Notes under the pieces: model-generated
The model's database searches: none
Told to the model about the DNA's origin: nothing
What the model saw: only the letters and a program-made list of their open reading frames with translations
Made by a program: the position numbers and the translations under genes
Assembly: GCF_009914755.1 (NCBI RefSeq)
Contig: NC_060940.1
Strand: one strand, 5' to 3'
Length of the DNA stretch: 64,000 nt
Source of the DNA: the human T2T-CHM13v2.0 reference genome, Homo sapiens
Part shown: positions 36,545-61,775 of the stretch, piece after piece
Layout of the letters: every line of letters starts with the position of its first letter
How positions within the stretch are numbered: position 1 is the stretch's first letter

Positions 36545-38777
36545 TAATAACAGTGGCCATTATTAGAAAGGGGTCTGCAGAGTGACCCCCCCATTGGGCT
36601 AATAGGTCCCATCCCCAAAGATTAACAGGGATGGGCATGACTAGAGGCTGTATAACTGCCTTTCTTCCCTCCAAATTGCAACATGTTAGGGGGCGTGTGC
36701 TCTACTTGGCTGTGTGCACTTCCCCGATGATGACAATTTTTTGTTTCTGAGTGACCCAAGCCCACGTTTCTGGCCAGTTTTGATCACTAATGATTGAAAT
36801 ATCCACCCCTGTGTCCAATAAGCCAGTAAAATTTTTATTTCCAATTTTTAAGGTAATCATGGGTCTCTAATCAGTGATTAATTGGTTCTCATATACTCCT
36901 GTGGCTCCCATGCTTCCAAAACTTCCCTTTCCCCTTTCCTTTCCCTGGCTGTTGGGGACCCAGTATGGTAAGAGTAGTAACTGAGCTATCTTTGATCCAG
37001 GAGGAAGAATATGCAGACCTTTACATTCCATCATAACTAATATCTCACCTTGATAATCACTATCAATTACCCTGGTGAGCACATTAATTCCTTTACTGGA
37101 TAGGCTTGATCGCCCTAGGACTACTCCCACTGTTCCCAGAGGCAGTGGGCCCCAGATCTTGGTTGCAACCCTTTTAGGGTCTTCTCCTTTTAGCACTAAT
37201 TCGTTGGGGCAGAGTAAGTCCAGTCCTGTGCTCCCAGTGGTAGCTGCTCTGAGAGAGAGGACTGTGGGCTTTCCATTGACCGAGGAAAGCTGCTGGCATT
37301 AAAATTTGGACCTGCATTGATTTGCCCAATGTTTCCCCTTTTTACATTGGGGGCATATAAAAGGGGGTTCTTTTCCTGAGTTACCTTGGTCTCTATTATT
37401 GGGGCATTCCCTCTTAATATGACCTGGCTTTCCACATAGAAAACAATTTGGGTTTTTCTCCCTTTTCACTTTAGGAGGCCTTAATGCCATAGCCAATATT
37501 TTGGCTTTGTGTGTTTCAGTCCCCACCAGTTTATATGCTTGTATAAGTTCCCTGACTGTGGCTGCCTTTCCTCTGATTGCCTGCATTGCTTGCTGGCAGT
37601 CGACGTTAGCATTTTCATAAGCCAGTTGCAGCAATAAGATATCAGCGGCCTGGGCATGACTAATTTATCTCTTAATTGCCTGGGTTAACTGATTGATAAA
37701 TTTAACAAATGGCTCCTGAGGCCCTTGTGGAACAATTATGAAAGATCCCTGTTGAACACTGCTTTCAGGAATTTGGTCTCAAGCCCTGAGAGCACACAAA
37801 GACATTTGTGCATAGGCCTGGGTATCAAAATGTAGTTGTACATTGGCATGGGGACCCCTACCCTGGAGCATAGCAGTTGTTATGTCTTGCCTGGCCAACT
37901 GATTCTGGTTGGCTTGTTGTTCACATAAGTCATCATATTCTGCCTTCCAGAGGAGGTATTGGCTGGGCTCTAAAGGTTTTTTAGCTAGCACTGACCAGTC
38001 CCATGGACTCATACAGAAGTTGTCTGCTATGGCTTCAATTCGTCCTTTCATAAATGGGCTAGCAGCTCCATTTTCTTTAGTGCTTTTTCTTATCTCTTTA
38101 TAAGCGTCAAAAGAAATGGGTTCAGTTACTTGATTGCCTGTTGATCTTGCATTACTGGGCAGGTTAAGAGCTCCCCTTCTAATGTCACTTGCCCAAGACA
38201 GGGTCCCATAGCTGTAGTGTATCCCTTGTCTTTTTCCAATTTATTGGAGGAGGGGTCTCAGGAAAAACCTCTGTTTCCTCTTTGGTATTTTTGCCTGTTA
38301 ATGGTGGGGCTGAGGGAGAAGGAGGTGGTGGTAAGGTAGGTGACAGTTCCTCCTCCCTTACCTTTTAGGCTCTTCTGTGTAGAGCAGGACCAAAGCAGCC
38401 CTAATTAAAGCACATAATGTTAGAGATGTTACTGGGACCCGTTGCCCTTGTTCATGATGTTGTTTAAGACTTTTACCCACTTGTTCCCAGAGCTGTATGT
38501 CTAGCATACCTTCTTCCGGGAACCATGGGTTATGGGAAACAACAGGTTGCGTTAGGTCCCTTAATTGAGCCTGCAAAACTGAGGCTTCACTAGCTTTAAG
38601 CAGCTGTTTCAATACTTTTATATACTGTTGCTGTTGAGCTGATAACTGTTGTCGCATGATGAAACCGTAGCCTAAACAATTCCCTCGAACTTGGAAATCC
38701 CAAGGGGGCACCAATGACTTACTGCGCAATCTCTTCACCTTCATTTTTGAGGTTTCTGTCATGATCCATTGTAGCGT

Positions 38778-38795
38778 TCCTCACATGGGGCACAA
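38778..38795 (-). promoter_or_regulatory. Retroviral primer-binding site complementary to tRNA-Met
   Basis: Minus strand TTGTGCCCCATGTGAGGA, 2 nt after the LTR CA; 16/18 match to TGGTGCCCCGTGTGAGGA. A Met PBS is characteristic of HML-5. Confidence 0.85.
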
Positions 38796-38797
38796 CC

Positions 38798-39285
38798 TGC
38801 CGAGTTTGTCCTTCAGACTGGCTGAGCGACGGATGAAAGAAGTATGCTGACACAGGTATTTTGCCTGACAGCGCAACTAGGGGAACTATACTCCTTAGAA
38901 CCACGATGAGAGTGCAGCTCAGCCAAGAGTGCTTATTGCCCTATAAGCCAGTGATGCTCACATTTATTTAGCACAGATTTAATGACAAAGGCTTGGAGCA
39001 AACACAATTTGTGGGTAATAAACATTGTCAAACCCACAAGTAGAGAGCAATCCTGTGCACGAATTATCAAAGGTTGGTTTCTGGAGACAGGAGTAAACAA
39101 ATTTATCTAGACAAGTTCATTTGCATTCCCTTGTTATCTACCCTTTGCTCTCAGGCTCCAGAGAAGGGAATTTGGCTGCCTTCAGCCAAATTTTATTTAG
39201 AAGCTTTTGCAAAATCTCCCAGCCTTCCAAGAAGGTTTTCATCTTTCCTTATAATTTTCCCCACCACCCTGACCAATCTTCTACA
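38798..39285 (-). mobile_element. 5' LTR of the HML-5 provirus (LTR22 family)
   Basis: 488 bp; minus strand starts TGTAGAAGATTGGTCAGGGTGGTGGG and ends ...CAAACTCGGCA, directly followed by the PBS. Confidence 0.9.
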
Positions 39286-42171
39286 CCACAGGGGGTAGGG
39301 GAAGGAAGGAAGGAATTAAGGGCACCAGAGAGAGAAAGTAAAAGGTAAAAGACAATATTTTAGTAAGGAAGTGACATTCCATAGCTTCAGTTGTATTCTT
39401 TTCCCAAGAGGTGAGTCGCTAACCACTTACTGGTTACACTAGGATGTGTATACTGGGAAATGGGGATCTTCGTGAACCATCATGGAGGCTGCTTACCACA
39501 GAGGCCAAGGTGAGACAAAAGGACCTGATTCTAAATAGAATGAGAAGACGTTGGAAGGTCTATAGCCTCAGGATGACATCGTCAAAATTTTATTTAATTT
39601 CAGTTCCCTTATGGTGGATCTTGGGAAATGAGACCAGGAGGGGAAGTGACTTTCCCAACATGCAACTTATAAAACCCAGGCATGTTTGAGTTGTTCCACC
39701 CATGTAATTCTTCCATCTCTTTTTATATTAGTTACATGTGATACCAACTCACGACCATTGTATTATTTCACATGCTCCTGATGAGTTCCCTTAGAATTAG
39801 GTAACTCCTGATGAGTTCTCTTAGAATTGGGTAACTAGCATGATCTCTATTGTGCAGGTTGGGAGACTGTGGAGCCCCCAAGAAGCACAATGACATATCT
39901 AGGATGACATAACTCATAAATTTATTAAAAGGAGGTTCTGACCTAGCTCTCCTCAACCTGTCATCCTGGCTTCACTGAGTCTTCTCAGAATCTGGGGGAG
40001 AGGGGTCTGTGTTTGCATAATTGTGTGCAGGTAATAAAATAACATGGAGCAGGAAGATGAGCAGTCAGCATCCTAGAGGAGCCTATGGGTAGGTCTTAGT
40101 AAAAGGATGAAACCTTGAAGAAGTGACCTCACTTCCTTGGTGAAAGACCCCAACAGAACTTAGAACTTTGGTAACCAGGCACTCATATTTCTGAAGACAG
40201 TCTCCTATCAAGTTTAGTTAGCCAGAGACTGTCAAGAGAGCAAGATGTTCTGCTGTATCCCAACTTTTCAAAGCTCTTGCTTCAGTGAGAGCCTTTTCTA
40301 AAGATGCAGAATTTGGCTTAGCTCTCAATCCCCAACCTCCATGCTTCAGGTCATTTGGCAAGAGGTACCCCAAAGTAACCACAGGGTAGCCCTTTCCAGA
40401 CCAATCCTCACTTGAGATCCCATCTGGACAACCTCATACCCTCTCCTCATCACCATATATGTGTGTAGGGGTGGGGAGCAGAAGGTGAGGTGAGGCTCTT
40501 CCTGGGAAGGAGCAGGTTGTTAGGTGCTGGAACTCTACTGCGTTCATACCCCAGGTCATGGCTGGCAGGATGGGAAGGTGAGTGTTGGGGATTAAGCTTA
40601 TTTACTCAGATTTGATTTTGAGACCTCAAGCTGTCATGTGGCTTTTGCCCTGGCTGGAGGTTCATGGAGATGCTCCTCTGTGCCTAATCTAGAATGCAGA
40701 ACTTTAATCAGAGTATCTCCTTGTGGGAACAGCCAAGCAGGCTACTAACACCTCTCAGTCAATTTGCTGGGTACTCTATTTGCAGAATTGCATGCAGGAG
40801 ATCAGTGAAGAGCTGTTTGATAGGTCCAATTGTATCTCCTTGGAAGAAAGATACTTGCGCCACATCACCAACCATGGTCACTGCTGGGCAAGCATGAGAG
40901 TGAGCACAAAAGGTTCATCACAGACAAGGACCTGAGATGACCAGGGTGGGCCCAGGGCCTAAACCTGAATATACAGACTTCCCTGGGCTCTGTCCTATAC
41001 TTTTGCCAATTTACTGGCCGATAGTCCCATTCCCAAAGGAAACTGGCCTCCATTAGTCCCCAGTGGCAACTTGGCTAGGTGCAAAGTCCCTGTTCACATA
41101 CTTCAGAAATATCAGAGAAAACACTTTTGCATTGTTTTTACTTTAAAATAGGCCATGAGTATCTTTGCATGTTGTTGCTGTTTTTATTGTTTTCACAACT
41201 TGCCCCAAGTATTCCATGTAGCAGGCAGCTCCACTATTCTTCCAGACCTCCAACTTAACCATCACTCTAAATTGGGTGGTTTATATAGGAAAGGGAGGGG
41301 TTTAGGCTATTCTAACATTTGTCTATAACTTTTAATCTTATAAAACATATCATCATAACCCTGCCAGGTCAGAACCTGTGCCCTCACTTGTCTTCATAAT
41401 ATTCCATGAGGGAGGCTGTTTCCCACAGTGGTGCAGCCTTTCCATGCTGGTGAAGATTGACATGATTCAATTCTGTGGTCATCTCAGATACACCGTAGTG
41501 GACATCCTGTGTGTGTTTTAATAGACTATCAGTTTGCTGGGGCTGCCATACCACATTACCAGATTATCACATGCTGGGTGGCTTTAGAAACAAAAATGTA
41601 CTCAATTATGGAGACTAAAAATCCTGTATCAAAGTGTCAGCTAGGGTGATTTGTCTGACTCAGTGGCTTCCATTTTTATATTTTCATGTTTTATATTTAA
41701 AACATTTTAAATTTGGTGAAGTATAGTTTTCCCTTTTTGATTGTCCTTTGGTGTAAAATCTAAAATATCATTGCCTAATGCAAGGTTGCAAAACTTTAAT
41801 ATTCCTCCTAAGAATTTTTTAGTTTCAGCACTTACATTTAAGTGTATGATCTTTTTAACTTTTGTTTGTTGGTTGATTGGCTTGTTTTTTGTTTTTTGAT
41901 GTGTGATTTGAGTTAGGAGTGCAGTGTCATTATTTTGCAGGCCAATATCCAATTTTCCAGTATCATTTGTTGAAAAGACTTTTCTTTCCTCAGAAATTTC
42001 TTGGCCCCTTTGTTAAAATCACTTTACCATAAATGCAAGTTTATTAATGAAACTTCCTATTTCATTGTTCTATATGAATCTATCCCTGTGCTACCACCAC
42101 AGGCTTATTTTTACTTTGTAGTGAATAAAAATTAGTTTTATTGAGTTTAAGTTATAGAATTTTGTTATTCC

Positions 42172-42471
<300 letters not shown>

Positions 42472-42808
42472 GAATTTTGTTATTCCTTTTAAGGATTGTG
42501 TTTATGTCTTTGGTTTACTTTGCATATATATGTGGATTTTGAGAAAGCTTGTCAATTTCTATAAAAACTATGGAAATATAGGAAAATTTGAGAAACTTTG
42601 TCAATTTCTATAAAAACTGTAGAAGCTATAGTTTAAATTTGAAGAGACTCCATTTAATTTGTAGGTCAATTTCTGGGGTATTGTATTCTTTACAATATTA
42701 TCATTTAATATTGGATTTTTTTCATTTATTCTGCTCTTGGATTTATTTTAGCATAAGATAATCTTCCAGTGTAAAGTCCTTGCATTTCTTTCGTTAAATT
42801 TATCCATG

Positions 42809-49505
<6,697 letters not shown>

Positions 49506-50435
49506 AAATTATCCATGAATATTTCTTTCTTTTTGATCTATTGTAAATAGAATTGTTTCCTTAATTCCATTTTCAGATTGTTGTTTGCTAGTATATAAAA
49601 ATACAATTCAATTTACATGTTGATCTTGTATCTTGTGACATGGATGAATTTCTTAGTTCTAGTGAGTTTTTAGTAAATTCCTGACAAATTTTTATGTGGA
49701 AGATTATGTTGTGTGCAATGAAACACGGTTCTACTTTTTTTATTCAATCTGGACAATTTTTACTTTCCAGTATAATTTCCCGAGGTGGAGTACAATGTTG
49801 GATAGAGTGCTAAAAGTGGAAATTATGGTCCTGTTCCCAAAGTTATCAGTCAAGTACTCAGTCTTTCACCATCAAGTATAATGCTAGTTGTAGGTTTTTA
49901 TAGATGGCTTTTAGCAGGACTCACTTTTTTGTCTATTAGTAGCATTCTGGTTTTTTTTTTTTTATCACAATGTATGTTAGATTTTTGTCAAATGTTTTTC
50001 TGTGTCTATCGAAATGTTCTTTTTGTCATGTATTCAAGTAATATTGTGTATTATCTTAATTGACTTTTAGATATTAAGCTAACATTGCATTTATGAAAAT
50101 AAAATCTCACTTGGCTATGGTATATAATCATGTTTATTATGTTCCTGGAATAAATTTCCTAGTATTTAATAAGGATTTCTGTGTCTGTAGTCATTACGGA
50201 TTTTTCTTTCTAGTCTTCTTGCAATGCTTTTTTCCAGCTTTGGTATCATGGCACTCCTGGCCTCATAGAGTAAATTGGGAAGTGTTGCTTCTATTTTTGG
50301 AAGTTACTTTGAAGAATTAGCATGAATATTTTATTAGATGTTGATAAGATTTATCATTTAAAGCTTTTGATTCAGAGATTTTCAATGTGGAAAGACTTTT
50401 AATTAATATTTTGTCTTCTGACATGACTTTATATA

Positions 50436-53347
50436 CAGTCATGTGTTATTTATCAATGGGGATATGTTCATAGATATGTGTTGTTAGGCATTTCATCATT
50501 TTGCAAACAGCATAGAGTGTACTTACACAAACCTAGATGGTAGACCCTATTGCACACCTAGGCTATATGGTATAGCTTGTTGCTCCTATGCTACAAGTCT
50601 GTGAAGCATGTTACTCTACTGAATGCTATAGGCAGTTGAAACACAATGGTAAATATTTATGTATCTGAAGATACCTAAACATAGAGGAGGTACAGCAAAA
50701 AATACAATATAAAAGATAAAAAATGGTACATCTGTATAGGGCACTTACGATGAATGGAGCTTATGGGGCTGGAAGTTGTATAGTAAATACATAAATTAAT
50801 AACATAGTCATTTATTATCATTATCAAGTATTATATACTGTACATAATTGTATGTGATATACATATATATGACTGACAGCACAGGGTTGTCTACCCCAAC
50901 TGATATGGTTTGGCTCTATGTCTCCACCCAAATCTCATCTTGTAGCTCCCATAATTCCTACATGTTGTGGGAGGGATGCAGTGGAGGATAACTGAATCAT
51001 GGGGTAGGTCTTCCCCGTACTGTTCTTGTAATAGTGAATAAGTCTCATGAGATCTGATGATTTTAAAAATGGGAGTTTCCCTGCACATGCTCTCTCTGTT
51101 TGCCAGCCACCATCCACATAAGATCTGACTTGCCCCCCCTTGCCTTCTGCCATGATTGTGAGGCCTCCTCAGCCATGTGGAACTGTAAGTCCATTAAACC
51201 TCATTCTCTTGTAAATTGCCAAGTCTTGAGTATGTCTTTATCAGCAGTGTGAAAATGGACTAATACAGTAAATTGGTACCAGGAGTGGGGCACTGCTGAA
51301 AAGACACCCAAAAATATAAAAGCGACTTTGGAACTGGGTAACAGGCAGAGGTTGGAACAATTTGGAGGGCTCAGAAGAAGACAGGAAAATGTGGGAAAGT
51401 TTGGAACTTCCTAGAGACTTATTGAATGGCTTTGCCCAAAATGCTGGTAGTGATATGGGCGATAAAGTCCAGGCTGAGGTGGTCTCACATGGAAATAAGG
51501 AACTTTTTGGAAACTGAAGCAAAGGTGACTCTTGTTATGTTTTACCAAAGGGACTGGTGACATTTTGCTCCTGCTGTAGAGATCTCTGGAACTTTAAATT
51601 TGAGAGAGATGAGTTAGGGTATCTGGTGGAAGACATTCCTAAGCAGCGAAGCATTCAAGATCTGACTTGGGTGCTTTTAAAGGCATTCAGTTTTATGAGG
51701 AAGGGGGACCATAAAAGCTTGGAAAATTGCAGCCTGAAAATGCAATAGAAAAGAAAATCCCATTTTCTGAGAAGAAATTCAAGCCAGCTGCAGAAATTTT
51801 CATAAGTAACAAGGAGGTGTATGTTAATCCCCAAGACAATGGAGAAAATATCTCCAGAGCATTTCAGAGGTATTCACGGCAGCTCCTCCCATCACAGGCC
51901 TGGAGGCCCAGGAAGAAAAAATGGTTTTGTAAGCTGGGCCCAAGGCTCCCCTACTGTGGGGAATCTAGGGAGTTGGTGCCCTGAGTCCCAGCCACTTGAA
52001 TGACTAAAAGGGGCCAAGGTATAGCTCAGACCATGGCTTCAGAGGTTGCAAGCCCCAATCCATGGCAGCTTCCACCTGGTGTTGAGCTGCAGGTGCACAG
52101 AAGTCAAGAATTGAGGTTTGAGAACCTCTGCCTAGATTTCAGAGGATGTATAGAAATGCCTGGATGTCCAGGCAGAAGTTTGCTGCAGGGATGTGGCCCT
52201 CATGGAGAACCTCTGCTACGGCAGTGCTGAAGGGGTCAGAGCCCCCACACTGAGTCCCTACTAGGGCCCACCTAGTGGAGCTGTGAGAAGAGGGCCACTG
52301 CCCTCCAGACCCCTGAATGGTAGAACCACTAACAGCTTGCACTCTTCACCTAGAAAAGCTGCAGACACTCAACACTAGCCTGTGAAAGCAGCTGGGAGGA
52401 AGGCTGTACCCTGCAAAGCCACAGGGGCAGAGCTGCCCAAGACCATGGAAACTCACTTCTTGCATCAGTATGACCTGAATGTGAGACATGGAGTCAAAAG
52501 AGATCATTTTCAAGCTTTAAAATTTGACTGCCCTGCTAGATTTTGAACTTGCATGGGACTGGCAGCCCCTTTGTTTTTGTCAATTTCTCACATTTTGAAT
52601 GACTGTATTTACTTGCCATTACTCCCATTGTATCTAGGAAATAACTAATTGGCTTTTGATTTTACAGGCTCATGGGCAGAAGGCGCTTGACTTGTCTAGG
52701 ATGAGACTTCGGACTTTTTAGTTAATGCTGAAATGAGTTAAGACTTTGGGGGACTGTTGGGAAAGCATGATTGGATTTGAAATGTGAAGACATGAGATTT
52801 GGGAGGGGCCAGGGGTGGAATGATATGGTTTGGCTCTGTGTTCCTACCCAAATCTCATCTTGTAGCTCCCATAATTCCCAGGAGTTGTGGGAGGGACCCA
52901 ATGGGAGATTACTGAATCATGGGGACAGGTCTTTCCCCTGCTGTTTTTGTGATAGTGAATGGTCTCATAAGATCTGATGGTTTGAAAAATGGGAGTTTTC
53001 CTGCACAAGTTCTCTCTGTGTCTGCTGTCATCCACATAAGATGTGACTTGCTCCTCTTTGCCTTCCACCATGATTGTGAGGCCTCCCCAGCCATGTGGAA
53101 CTGTAAGTCCATTAAATTTCTTTCTTTTGTGAATTTCCCAGTCTCTGGCATGTCTTTATCAGCAGCATGAAAATGGACTAATACACCAACATTACCAGAA
53201 ATGTGTGAGTAATGCATTGTGCTACAATGTTAAAATGGCTATATTACTAGTTGATAGGCATTTTTCAGCTCTATTATATTCTTATGGGACCATTGTCATA
53301 TATGTGGTACATTGTTTACTAAAACATTGTTATGCAGCACATGACTG
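50436..53347. mobile_element. Tigger3 (Golem/MER7-type) Tc1/mariner DNA transposon derivative, split by THE1
   Basis: Terminal inverted repeats cagtcatgtg...cacatgactg with TA on both sides; motif agagtgtacttacacaaacctagatggta. Confidence 0.88.
50901..53185 (+). mobile_element. Complete THE1 (THE1B-like) MaLR element: LTR 50901-51267, internal region, LTR 52821-53185
   Basis: Two direct LTRs tgatatggtttggct...ggactaataca; purine tract gggaggggccaggggtggaa before the 3' LTR; perfect 5-bp TSD ccaac. Confidence 0.95.
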
Positions 53348-54196
53348 TATTCTAGTTTTCATTTATATGACTTTATATCATCTACTTTTTAAGTTTACTT
53401 TCAAAATGTGTGCCTATCATAATTTTTATTTCTAATTTGTTTTATTCCATGCCAATGGATTTTCTGAGAATAATAATAAAGAATGAAACTTTATGCCCAT
53501 CAGTGAATGACCCAAAGCTTTCTCTGTTGTAGGATGGAGATTATTACTACAATTATCGTACCTAAATAGTCATATTTACTGTCTGTGACAAATACGTAAC
53601 TGAATATATAAGCTGTTTGTGAAATTTGACTTTGGATTTGTTGAAGAGGGTTCTCATAGAGACTACCTCATATTTTTTCACCTATATTAAGATAGAACAG
53701 AAACATAATTTTTAATAAGAACAAAAAAAATTATTGTAATTGAGGAATGGCATGAAAAAAGATTACTTGATGACTCAAAGTGATTAGCACTTACTTACCA
53801 CATACAGTGTTTTAGACACTGTACTAAGCTGTGGCACATTTATAGGCATAACACCCAAAGTTTAAAAATAAATAATTGAAAGATTCATTGGAAATGACAA
53901 ATTGGCATATTTTTAGTCATACCAGGTGACAGTAAGGCAATCATAAAAGTTGACTTTTGGTGTACAATTAATAAATGAATATAAAGAATGTTACATAATT
54001 TTGTTAGAAATTTGACTAAGTTGTCATAGAAATAAACCAGCAGCATTTCAACCAGTAAACAGAGGATGTGCATTTTTAAAAGGAAAATCTGACAAAGGTA
54101 TGCTTTAGGCCGGAAAATTGTTATTGAATTAACGATAGGAATGTAATGTCATATTTTCTGAACACTCTAAGTTACAATAGAAAGTATCTATTAAAA

Positions 54197-55203
54197 TGTA
54201 TTAGTCAATTCTCATGCTGCTATGAAGAAATTCCCAAGACTGGTTAATTTATAAAGGAAGGAGCTTTAATTGATTCAGTTCCACAAGGCTGGGGAGGCCT
54301 CATGATACTTAAAATCATAGTGGAAGAAAAAACAAACACGTCCTTCTACACATGATGGCAGGATAGAGAAGTGTGGAATGAAGGGGGGAAAGCTCCTTAC
54401 AAAACCATCAGATCTTGTGAGAACTCACTCTCTATCATGAGAAGAGCATGGAGGTAACCGACCCCATGATTCAATTACCTCCCACTGGGTCACTCCCACA
54501 ACACATGGGGATTATGGGAACTACAATCAAGATGAGATTTGGGTGGGGACACAGCCAAACCATATCATTATGCCCTTGGCCCCTCCCAAATCTCATGTCC
54601 TCACATTTCAAAACACAATCATGCCTTCCCAGCAGTCCCCCAAAGTTTTAACTCATTCCAGCATTAATGCAAAAGTCCAAGTCCAAAGTCTCATCTGGGA
54701 CAAGGCAAGTCCCTTTCACCCATGAGCCTGTAAATTCAAAAACAAGTTAGTTACTTCCTAGATACAGCGGGGGTACGGGCATTGGGTAAATACACCCATT
54801 TCAAGTGAATGAAATTGGCCAAAATGAAGAGGCTACAGGCCCCATGCAAGTCTGAAATCCAGCAGGGCAGTGAAATCTTAAAGCTCCAAAATGATCTCCT
54901 TTTACTCCGTGTCTCTCATCCAGGTCACACTAATGCAAGAGACGAGTTCCCATGGCTTTGGGCAGCTCCACCCCTTTGGCTTTGCAGGGTATAGCCCCCC
55001 CTCCTGGCTGCTTTCACAAGCCGTCATTGAGTGCCTGTGGCTTTTCCAGGTGTAGGGTGCAAGCTGTCCATGGATCTACCATTTCTGGGATCTTGAGGAT
55101 GGTGGCACTATTCTCACAGCTCCACTAGGCAATGCCCCAGTGGGCACTCTGTTTGAAGGCTCCGATTCCACATTTTCCTCCCGTATTGCCCTAGCAGAGG
55201 TTT
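54197..55203 (-). mobile_element. THE1C/D-like 3' LTR (54197-54567) plus truncated internal sequence
   Basis: tgtattagtc...agccaaaccatatca, then antisense THE1-int (ggccc ctcccaaatctcatgtcc) ending abruptly at an Alu tail. Confidence 0.88.
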
Positions 55204-60440
<5,237 letters not shown>

Positions 60441-60694
60441 AATAACATTTTAAGCATATAGAAAATATATCAAGTAATGTAATAAACCTGTCACCCAGCC
60501 TCCACAGGTACTAATCATGTGCCATTTTTGTTTCATCTATATTTCAACCCACTCCTCACGCCCCCAACTGTATTATTATTTGGGGGTTTTTTTGTGAAAC
60601 AATGTATATACATTAAAAAGTAGAATCTTAACTGTATCCTTTTGAGAAAACAATGTACCCACATAAACTTCCTCCTTCTAAGAATAAAATTCCC

Positions 60695-61166
<472 letters not shown>

Positions 61167-61613
61167 CTAGCCAAAGTGCTTGGATGCAACATGGAGCCAA
61201 TCAATAAATCCATCCCCCATGCTTTTCCTGGCCATGAGGTAATTGGCAGCCTAGTTCATGTCTTGATGGGAAGCTCTGCCATGTGGAAGGATCACATCTC
61301 AGGTTTCTTGACAACTGGATGACTTTTGAGAACAGATCTAGGACAGATCTATTCTTGGATTGTGGACAGGCATCAGCCTACTAACATCATATGGAACAGG
61401 TGACATCCAAATATGTTAAGAACCTCTGACAATGAAGAGTAAAACACAAACTCAATTTTAAAAGGCACGGGACCTATGAAAACATTTTATGGTAAAAGAA
61501 ATACAAATGGTCATTTCCCATATAAAGAGGCATCCAACCTCAGTGGTGGTCACAGGAAAATAAATTACAAAAAAAGAAGTTTTGTGTGACCATCAGTTAG
61601 GAAAATAGAATGC

Positions 61614-61775
61614 TAGCCAGGCATAGTGTCTCATGCCTGTAATCTCAGCACTTTGGGATGCTGAGGCATGAGGATCTCTTAAGCTCAGGAGTTTGAGGCT
61701 ACAATGAGCTATGATCATGCCCTCTAGCATGGTTAACAGAGAGTGAGACCCATTTCTAACTAAATAAATAAATGA
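61614..61775 (+). mobile_element. Monomeric Alu (FRAM-like, or deleted AluJ)
   Basis: Single arm gccaggcatagtgtctcatgcctgtaatctcagcac...gagtgagacccatttct with a (TAAA)n tail. Confidence 0.75.
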
